Source of the DNA: an uncultured bacterium
Lineage (GTDB): Bacteria > Hinthialibacterota > Hinthialibacteria > OLB16
DNA: 64,000 nt
Assembly (NCBI GenBank): GCA_964481775.1
Contig: CAYZUX010000002.1
Location: forward strand, 20,221-84,220
Reading direction: 5' to 3'
The position numbers and the translations under genes are program-made. Under the pieces are notes generated by a model that saw nothing but the letters and a program-made list of their open reading frames with translations, was not told the DNA's origin and did not search any database. This document shows, one piece after another, positions 57,333-64,000 of this stretch; the first letter of the stretch is position 1, and each line of letters opens with the position of its first letter.

Positions 57333-57497
57333 ATGCTCGGAATCAAAGATGGCTGGGTTTTTCTTGCTTACATCCTGTGTATTTTAAGTACATTGCTGTG
57401 CGTGGGATATGGGTTGGTCACCTGGAATCGTGGCGGTGAACCCATCCAGCAAGAGGATGTGAAGTGGGAGCAGGAAGAGAGTAAAGAAGAGGATTAG
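57333..57497 (+). CDS. Small (54 aa) single-TM protein upstream of the SSS transporter (symporter small accessory protein-like)
   Basis: Not in the ORF track (<60 aa). GGGAGG RBS 7 nt upstream. Sequence MLGIKDGWVFLAYILCILSTLLCVGYGLVTWNRGGEP... followed by an acidic tail. Lies 84 nt before the symporter. Confidence 0.45.
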   Translation: MLGIKDGWVFLAYILCILSTLLCVGYGLVTWNRGGEPIQQEDVKWEQEESKEED

Positions 57498-57580
57498 TCT
57501 GGAATTGTTTTTTTGCCTGTCTTGTCAGGTGTTGTGAAACATCTCCATGGTGCAAGTGAAAATTTGGGGAGGTAAGGAAC

Positions 57581-59464
57581 ATGGATCTGCTCAGCATATC
57601 GCTGGTGATTCTGTATCTGGCCGCCACGGTTTACCTGGGTTACCGGGGGTTCCGTCAAACCAAGACTGCGGCTGACTATCTCGTGGCCGGGAGGAAGGCG
57701 CATCCCCTGGTGATGGCCCTTTCCTATGGGGCCACCTTCATCAGCACCTCCGCCATTGTGGGTTTCGGCGGGGTTGCGGCCAACTTCGGCATGGGGCTGC
57801 TGTGGCTCACTTTCTTCAACATCTTCGTGGGAATCTTTGTGGCTTTTGTCTTTCTGGGGGGACGTACCCGGCGGATGGGGCATCACCTGGAGGCGCACAC
57901 CTTCCCTGAACTTCTCGGGAAACGTTTCAACAGCCGTTTCCTGCATGTGTTCAGCGCTCTGATCATCTTTGTATTCATGCCGCTCTATGCCATGGCGGTG
58001 ATCAAAGGCGGTTCAGAATTTATCGCCTCTGTGTTCGATGTTCACCCCAGGCTCGCACTCCATATCTTTGCCCTGATTGTCGCCGCCTATGTCATCCCAG
58101 GCGGCCTCAAGGGAGTCATGCTTACCGATGCACTCCAGGGGCTGATCATGCTGGTGGGAATGGTCATCCTGGTTGTCACCTGTTATGGCGAGCTCGGCGG
58201 AGTGGTTGCAGCACATCAGTCTCTAACCGATATGGAGGCACAGGTTCCAAAGACACTGGCGGCCATTGGTCACCAGGGATGGACCTCCATGCCGATGTTT
58301 GGCTGGTCTCCGGCAGGCCAGGAGGCCACTCATGTCTATGACCTGTGGTGGATCATGGTCAGCACCATCGTCATGGGAGTCGGCATCGGGGTGTTGGCTC
58401 AACCCCAGCTGATTGTCCGCTTCATGACCGTCAAATCGCAGCAAGCCCTCAACCGCGCGGTTATCATGGGTGGTATTTTCATCTTCTTCATGACCGGGGT
58501 TGCTTTTACTGTAGGCGCACTCTCCAACGTGTACTTCGCCAAACAGGAGGCCATCACCTGTAAGGTCCTCGAAGAAACAGTTCTCATGGATCCCGGGGCG
58601 GATGGTAACGCCAAGCTCAGCCGGGTGGCAGCGGATGCACCTGAGGAAGTCAAGGCCAGGGCAAAAGCGTTTATCAGTTACCGCCTGCCCGGTGAAACCG
58701 AGGACCTGCCGCCTCATTACCTGCTAAAAACTCCAGCCCTGAAGATTGAGAAAGGGGAGGGGGTCTTCGATGTGATCCGGCCGGGACTCATCTCCATCGC
58801 ACGCAGTATCGACAACCTCACCACCATGAAAGGCAATGTGGATAAAATCATCCCCCTATATGTTGCCAGCGCCATGCCCAAGTGGTTCGGAGTCGTGTTC
58901 CTTCTGACCCTCCTGGCAGCGGCCATGAGTACTTTGTCCAGCCAGTTCCACACGATTGGCACGGCCATTGGAAGGGATGTTTATGAACAAGTGACAGGCC
59001 AGACAGGTAACTCAGTCATGATCACGCGGATTGGTGTGGTCATTGGCCTGATTGTCGCGATTATTCTGGGAACCATCCTGGGAGACAATATCATCGCGGT
59101 GGCAACCGCGATTTTCTTTGGCCTGTGCGCCGCTTCATTCCTTCCCGCCGTGGTTGGAAGCTTATTCTGGAAACGAGTGAGCCGGACCGCGGCTATCGCA
59201 TCCGTGGTGTCTGGGTTCGTGGTGAGTACCTTCTGGCTGGTGTTTGTTCATGGTAAATCCGCGGCCGGAGTGGGATTGTGCATGGCCCTGTTTGGAAAAC
59301 CCAACCTGGTCTCCGCCAACTGGAGTCCCACCTGGGCGGTGGTGGATCCCCTGTTCATCGCTCTACCGGTGTCGATCCTGGTTTTGATCGTCGTGGGGCT
59401 GGTCAGCAAGCCGATGGACAAGGCTTATGCGGACTACTGTTTTGGGGGAAAGAAGCCGGAATAG
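57581..59464 (+). CDS. Sodium:solute symporter (SSS family, possibly sialic acid/sugar)
   Basis: LAATVYLGYRGFRQTKTAADYLVAGRKAHPLVMALSYGATFISTSAIVGFGG is a typical SSS N-terminus. About 13-14 TM helices. Confidence 0.85.
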   Translation: MDLLSISLVILYLAATVYLGYRGFRQTKTAADYLVAGRKAHPLVMALSYGATFISTSAIVGFGGVAANFGMGLLWLTFFNIFVGIFVAFVFLGGRTRRMGHHLEAHTFPELLGKRFNSRFLHVFSALIIFVFMPLYAMAVIKGGSEFIASVFDVHPRLALHIFALIVAAYVIPGGLKGVMLTDALQGLIMLVGMVILVVTCYGELGGVVAAHQSLTDMEAQVPKTLAAIGHQGWTSMPMFGWSPAGQEATHVYDLWWIMVSTIVMGVGIGVLAQPQLIVRFMTVKSQQALNRAVIMGGIFIFFMTGVAFTVGALSNVYFAKQEAITCKVLEETVLMDPGADGNAKLSRVAADAPEEVKARAKAFISYRLPGETEDLPPHYLLKTPALKIEKGEGVFDVIRPGLISIARSIDNLTTMKGNVDKIIPLYVASAMPKWFGVVFLLTLLAAAMSTLSSQFHTIGTAIGRDVYEQVTGQTGNSVMITRIGVVIGLIVAIILGTILGDNIIAVATAIFFGLCAASFLPAVVGSLFWKRVSRTAAIASVVSGFVVSTFWLVFVHGKSAAGVGLCMALFGKPNLVSANWSPTWAVVDPLFIALPVSILVLIVVGLVSKPMDKAYADYCFGGKKPE

Positions 59465-59478
59465 GATACTCATGGATT

Positions 59479-59522
59479 GGCGAATTCATCCGCTTTCCTG
59501 TTGATGAGCGGATGAATTCGCC
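59479..59522. terminator. Bidirectional intrinsic terminator between the convergent SSS and O-methyltransferase genes
   Basis: Perfect 16-bp stem ggcgaattcatccgct / agcggatgaattcgcc with a 12-nt loop, followed by T-rich ctcctttctt. Confidence 0.6.
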
Positions 59523-59536
59523 CTCCTTTCTTCGTC

Positions 59537-60574
59537 TCATCCCACCCGGACTGCCTGCACGAGTCCATTCATGCGCGGACCCGAATGAATCAACCGGACA
59601 TCCCGGAAACCAGCCTGTGTCAGGTCCTCGGTAACCTCGGCGAGTGTGTAGCAGTTTCCCCCCTCGGTGTTGACCAGCATATTGATAGCAAAGATTGCTC
59701 CCGCGGGAGGTTCGGTCCGCGAAGGTTCCAAGATATGATCACGGATCAGGATACGTCCACCAGGAACCATGGCAGCATGAATCTTGCGGTAGAGAGCGAC
59801 ATTCTGCTCACGGCTGTTCTGATGGATGATGGCCGAGAGCAGAGCCAGGTCATGCCCGCCAGGAAGGGCATCCTGGTAAAAATCTCCAGCTTGCAGGGTG
59901 ACACGATCAAGCATCCCAGCCTTGGAGAGGGCTTCCTGAGCCATGGGGATCACCTCGGCTCGGTCAAAAAGGGTCGCGGTCATCAAAGGTTGCCTTGCGA
60001 GAAAAGCGAGGGTGTAGGTTCCAGAGGCTCCCCCCACATCCAGCAGGCGTCTCCGGTCTTCAAGATCCACCATCTCCGCGATCTCAGACGCCATTTTCCT
60101 GCCAAGGACATGCATGGCCCAGATGAAGGAGTGGGTGTTCGCGCGGGCTGCTTCCCCATCCATCTGGAGCTGAGCCTGTTGGCCGGTACGGACCACCTCG
60201 GTCAGCTGGGACCACTTGTACCACAGGTTCGCATGGTGCTGAGCCATGGGAAGCAGGGACTCCTCTGTCTGGTCCGAAAGGAATGGAACTGCTGAAGGCT
60301 CGACCCGATAGGTTTCCCCCTCCTTGATGAGCAGATCCATCGCGGCAAGGGCATCCAGGAGCATGGCAGTCGCGCGCGGGTTCGTGTTGAATTGGGTAGC
60401 GACATCTGTACTTGTGGCGGAATGCACCGCCAGGTAGGGGAACAGGTTCAGCTCCACCGCTGTCAGGAAAACACGGACTTCCCAGTAGCCACTCCCCAGC
60501 GCAAGCAACCTTTCCAGGGTCCAACCAGGCCTTGTTTTCTCAGTCATGTCAGTCCTTTCATCATTTGATCTCAA
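59537..60574 (-). CDS. Class I SAM-dependent O-methyltransferase (dimerisation domain + Methyltransf_2)
   Basis: N-terminal winged-helix dimerisation domain (VELNLFPYLAVHSATSTDVATQ). Motif I VDVGGASGT and DAYLLSAIIHQ-like region. Confidence 0.8.
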   Translation of the reverse strand: MRSNDERTDMTEKTRPGWTLERLLALGSGYWEVRVFLTAVELNLFPYLAVHSATSTDVATQFNTNPRATAMLLDALAAMDLLIKEGETYRVEPSAVPFLSDQTEESLLPMAQHHANLWYKWSQLTEVVRTGQQAQLQMDGEAARANTHSFIWAMHVLGRKMASEIAEMVDLEDRRRLLDVGGASGTYTLAFLARQPLMTATLFDRAEVIPMAQEALSKAGMLDRVTLQAGDFYQDALPGGHDLALLSAIIHQNSREQNVALYRKIHAAMVPGGRILIRDHILEPSRTEPPAGAIFAINMLVNTEGGNCYTLAEVTEDLTQAGFRDVRLIHSGPRMNGLVQAVRVG

Positions 60575-62930
60575 TCAAAGTCACCTTCGGAAGATCATTT
60601 TCAAGAAAAGCACGGTGAAAAGCATAGATCAGCCCATCCTCACAACCTACCAGCAGATCCTTGATGCCATCCTGATCGAAGTCCAGCGCAGCAGGTGTGG
60701 TGCTGTGGCCGGCGAGGATGATGCCGAGTGGAACCAGCAGGTCGCCCTGGTATTCCATGACAGGAGAGGAATCATTGCCAGTGTTCTGGTAGTACCCTAC
60801 CGAGCGGAGCGTGTCAAACTCGTAAGCGAGCAGGTCACGGTCGCCATCATTGTCCCAATCTACGATATCGAACTTTCCCCTTCCGGCACGTCCCGCAACC
60901 CCTTCGCCAAAATGGAGCGGCTGGCCTTTCCCATCCACAAAGATTCTCTGCCCCGGAGATAACACCCAATCTCCATCGCATCCTTGGATCCTCTCAAAGA
61001 GGGAGAGGTAGCCTTCATGATCCAGAGTAACCAGGTCGATGTGTCCATCCCGGTTCCAGTCCACGCTTTCCGGCTTGGTGCGCCAGACATTCACGAGCTC
61101 ACCCTTCTCCGGCTGCCACCAGACCCACGCCGGCTTGGGGGGAGGCCCTTCCCACGACACCTCGATATTCCGGGGGGAAGACAGCATCGGAGACTCTTTA
61201 GTTCCAATGTTCCGATACCAACGGTTGCGCCCCCAGACATCGCTCAGCAGCAGGTCGAGAAGGCCATCGCCATCCCAGTCACACACCTCGGTGTTGGTGT
61301 ACCCATAGCGGGCTTCTTCGGGGCCCTGGATCGATCCATTGGGGCCAGCCTGGATATGAATGGGCAGGTGAGTGGGGGATGTCCTCCCCCAATGGAACGG
61401 CCGGGTCCGTTTTGAGGAAGGAGATTGTCCCTCAGCACTACTCTCAAAAACGAGGACTTCCCCATACGAGTTCCCGGAAATGAGATCGAGGATTCCATCG
61501 CCATTCCAGTCGCACAGGGTGGGGGTAGAGAGGCAACCGGCATCAAGCAACGGTGCTTGACCCGGGAGGATGACCGGATCTTTGAGACCCTCTTGGTCCC
61601 TGTTTTCCACCAGCATCGCGAAACCATTTTCCTGCCCCAGGATCAGGTCGAAATCTCCATCGCCATCCCAGTCCACCGGGGCAGGACGTATATAGATCCC
61701 CTCGGATGCTTCACCGGGAGAGAGAGTCAACCTTCCCTTCCCCACCGCTAAGAGATCCGGGCAGGAAAACAGATACATCCAGAACACACCGCCACAGAGC
61801 AGTTCGTGTAATCCATCCCTGTTCCAGTCCACCCTACACGGGAAAATGGATCCATGAACACCCAGCAGATCCTTTCCCTTGGGAAGCAAAGGTACCCCTT
61901 TATCAAACTTGGGGAATGTCGGATCTCCGATATTGCGTTGGAAGAGAAGCCGTCCTTCGGTCCTGCCCCCTTTCCAGATTCCTTCCGGAGTGTAGGGAGC
62001 CTCACGGCTGGGATTCCAGGTGTCCTTTGGGGGACGGTACCCACTACTGTCACTCTGTCCCGTCAGGACATCGAGCAGGCCATCCTTGTCCCAATCCGTA
62101 AAACAGTGAGCCCCTCCCTCAAGACCCTCAATATCAGATGGTTCCTCAAAGAGAAAACTGCCCCTCGGGCCAACTCCCAAAAGGACCTTCCGCCCAACAA
62201 CCAGGTCGAGTTTTCCATCCCGGTTCCAATCGATTACCGAAACTTGGCCTGTCTCCTCCGAAAGCCGTTCAGGAGAGGAGAGAATCCCGGGAGTCTGAGG
62301 GCCCAGGTTTTCATAATAATAAATCCCTCTCAAAGTGCTGGCCTCAGCGGGGCCGGACTGAGAGGAAAACAGGTCGGCATCTCCATCCCCATCCCAATCC
62401 ACCGCCTCATAGGTTGAGTTGTAACTGGCGGTCATCCAGCCGGTAGCGGAACGTGAGCCGAATGCGAGTGGTTCGCCACAACCCACCATGGGCAATTCAT
62501 CCGGATATTGATAGGTTTGTCTGGAGTCAAGACTATCGTAAGTTAGAACATACTCGATTGGTCCAGTCCCCTCCTTGATCCAGGCCACCCAGACCAACCG
62601 GGGAGGGATGCCCTCGGTCTTGAGGCGGATAGGAACGTTCTCCTCTTGTCCTTTTTCAGCTCGGTAGAGGCGGATTGAGCGAGGGTCGATATTGGCTGGA
62701 AGGTCACTGCCATTCAGGACCACCGGAGCGGCGATCCAGTCGGTTCTTTGGGGTAAAATACGAAGGTTCAATATATTAGGGGAAGGATCAGCCCTCCCAC
62801 CGTCTGGCCATAGCAAGGTGAGAGAAAAGATAAAAACGCTCAAATTATGAAGACTTCTTGATGAAACGAAAGTATAATAACAAACCGCCACCGTATTCCA
62901 GAATGGATTTTTTGGAACAAAGTGTCTCAT
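60561..62930 (-). CDS. FG-GAP/ASPIC-like repeat beta-propeller protein (at least 10 DW-D-DG-D-DL repeats)
   Basis: Repeated Ca-loop motifs DWDGDGDADL, DWNRDGKLDLV, DWDKDGLLDVL, DWNRDGLHELL, DWDGDGDFDLI, DWNGDGILDLI, DWDGDGLLDLL, DWNRDGHIDLV, DWDNDGDRDLL, DFDQDGIKDLL. N-terminal signal/TM. Confidence 0.75.
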   Translation of the reverse strand: MRHFVPKNPFWNTVAVCYYTFVSSRSLHNLSVFIFSLTLLWPDGGRADPSPNILNLRILPQRTDWIAAPVVLNGSDLPANIDPRSIRLYRAEKGQEENVPIRLKTEGIPPRLVWVAWIKEGTGPIEYVLTYDSLDSRQTYQYPDELPMVGCGEPLAFGSRSATGWMTASYNSTYEAVDWDGDGDADLFSSQSGPAEASTLRGIYYYENLGPQTPGILSSPERLSEETGQVSVIDWNRDGKLDLVVGRKVLLGVGPRGSFLFEEPSDIEGLEGGAHCFTDWDKDGLLDVLTGQSDSSGYRPPKDTWNPSREAPYTPEGIWKGGRTEGRLLFQRNIGDPTFPKFDKGVPLLPKGKDLLGVHGSIFPCRVDWNRDGLHELLCGGVFWMYLFSCPDLLAVGKGRLTLSPGEASEGIYIRPAPVDWDGDGDFDLILGQENGFAMLVENRDQEGLKDPVILPGQAPLLDAGCLSTPTLCDWNGDGILDLISGNSYGEVLVFESSAEGQSPSSKRTRPFHWGRTSPTHLPIHIQAGPNGSIQGPEEARYGYTNTEVCDWDGDGLLDLLLSDVWGRNRWYRNIGTKESPMLSSPRNIEVSWEGPPPKPAWVWWQPEKGELVNVWRTKPESVDWNRDGHIDLVTLDHEGYLSLFERIQGCDGDWVLSPGQRIFVDGKGQPLHFGEGVAGRAGRGKFDIVDWDNDGDRDLLAYEFDTLRSVGYYQNTGNDSSPVMEYQGDLLVPLGIILAGHSTTPAALDFDQDGIKDLLVGCEDGLIYAFHRAFLENDLPKVTLIEIK

Positions 62931-62969
62931 CTGTAAAATACAAACCTGTCCAAAGGAATCTTGTAAACC

Positions 62970-64000
62970 ATGAGATCACACGTCCATTTGCCGGTTATCG
63001 CTTTGGCTCTATTCATGCCCATCACCCTTCTTGCACAACCGATACCCGTGGGGCAATGGGACTTTAACAATCCAGGCAACTTAACTGTAGCCACCCTGGG
63101 ATCCAACCTGTCGTTGCATGGAAGTCATCAGGCAGTCTCAGGAATCAATCCCGGTGATGGGGCAGCCATGATTGGAGCCGGGAGTTATTACATATGCGCA
63201 CATGGCATCCCCGCCAACGGCGGTGGGGCCTATGTGAACCAATGGTCATTGCTGGTCGACTTCATGGTTCCCTCGCTTGGCCCCTGGTATTGTTTTTACC
63301 AGACAAACACCTCGAACGCCAATGATGGCGAATGCTTTGTCAGGCCGGGAACCGGGCAGATCGGTGTCGGTCAGACAGGCTATTCATCCATCGGAATCCA
63401 GATAAACACCTGGTACCGGATGGTGATCTCGATCAACAACAACACAAATGTCTGCAACATTTACCTGGATGGTGTCCAGATCCTGCAGGGTGGAACAGAT
63501 GGAGTTGATGGAAGGTTCTCACTCAATCCCGCCGTGCTTTTGTTTGCCGACGAAAACGGGGAGGATGCAGCCATCACGGTCTCCACAGTGGCAATCTACA
63601 ATTATTCCCTATCCAGTGCGGAAGCGGCTATCCTGGGGAATGCGCTTCCACTGGACCCCAACAATCATCCTCCATCGGTCGTGTCCCAGCCTGCAGGTTC
63701 TCCAACGGCTGAGGCTGGAGTTGCGTCCTCTTACACTTTTAAGGCCACTGACGAAGACAACGATACGGTGAGTTACTTCATTCAATGGGGAGATGGCAGT
63801 ACCACAGGCTGGTCTGTCTGGACACCTGTCCTGGACCCATTCACCACTTCTCATACTTACGAATGCCAGGGAACCTACGAAATTTCCGCCTTGGTCAAAG
63901 ACGAGCATGGGGCCGTTTCGGCAGTCACCTCTATCCAATCGGTCACAGTCAGTGGGGCCTGTACCCCTGACTTCCTGGCCGAACCATTCCTGCAGAATCT
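62970..64000 (+). CDS. Secreted LamG/concanavalin-like plus PKD-like domain protein (3' truncated by window)
   Basis: Signal MRSHVHLPVIALALFMPITLLAQP. ConA-like region (WYRMVISINNNTNVCNIYLDGVQILQGG). PKD-like IQWGDGSTTGW. Runs off the window end. Confidence 0.5.
   Translation, partial: MRSHVHLPVIALALFMPITLLAQPIPVGQWDFNNPGNLTVATLGSNLSLHGSHQAVSGINPGDGAAMIGAGSYYICAHGIPANGGGAYVNQWSLLVDFMVPSLGPWYCFYQTNTSNANDGECFVRPGTGQIGVGQTGYSSIGIQINTWYRMVISINNNTNVCNIYLDGVQILQGGTDGVDGRFSLNPAVLLFADENGEDAAITVSTVAIYNYSLSSAEAAILGNALPLDPNNHPPSVVSQPAGSPTAEAGVASSYTFKATDEDNDTVSYFIQWGDGSTTGWSVWTPVLDPFTTSHTYECQGTYEISALVKDEHGAVSAVTSIQSVTVSGACTPDFLAEPFLQN

Noticed and set aside
59585-60295. 236-aa plus-strand ORF
   Set aside because: Antisense to the O-methyltransferase gene.
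1-64000. CRISPR arrays, rRNA, tmRNA, RNase P, SRP RNA, transposases/integrases
   Set aside because: I scanned by eye for direct repeats with regular spacing, conserved ncRNA cores, and DDE or tyrosine-recombinase-like ORFs. I found none in this window.

Overview
This is a GC-rich (~55-58% by eye) bacterial chromosomal window with dense coding on both strands. I found no rRNA, CRISPR array, transposase or integrase. The gene content mixes housekeeping loci with a large accessory load of glycan-foraging and envelope genes. Housekeeping loci are the classic thrS-infC-rpmI-rplT-pheS string preceded by tRNA-Val(GAC), rph, a tyrS-queE-queC block, ilvBN, recN, mqnD of the futalosine pathway, TrmH and a Rieske/cytochrome b-c respiratory complex. 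Accessory genes include four BNR/Asp-box sialidase-like paralogs, GH92 and GH5-like hydrolases, an Ntn asparaginase (glycosylasparaginase-like), a TPR-GT41 OGT-like enzyme, an SSS symporter, FG-GAP, PA14 and PKD proteins, and a GspG-like pseudopilin. That repertoire suggests a PVC-superphylum-like organism (Verrucomicrobia, Lentisphaerae or Planctomycetes), but this is inference only. The most unusual locus is a tightly coupled six-gene minus-strand string at 10145-17684. It encodes an outer-membrane beta-barrel, a 13-heme lipoprotein cytochrome c, an orphan solute-binding lipoprotein, a soluble dual-PAS histidine kinase, a rhomboid-like/TPR protein and a GT4 enzyme. Opposite it, divergently, sits a pseudo-receiver/STAS protein. 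Other noteworthy items are an uncharacterised coiled-coil/zinc-ribbon membrane gene pair at 2735-4628 and a GT-C glycosyltransferase fused to two PA14 domains. infC starts on AUC and its C-terminal extension overlaps rpmI. There is a 27-bp perfect inverted-repeat element, a family of GC-rich nested palindromes, four tandem hairpins with GAGT-NNN-ACTC cores upstream of tyrS, a DUF433/DUF5615 pair and a PIN-like pair.
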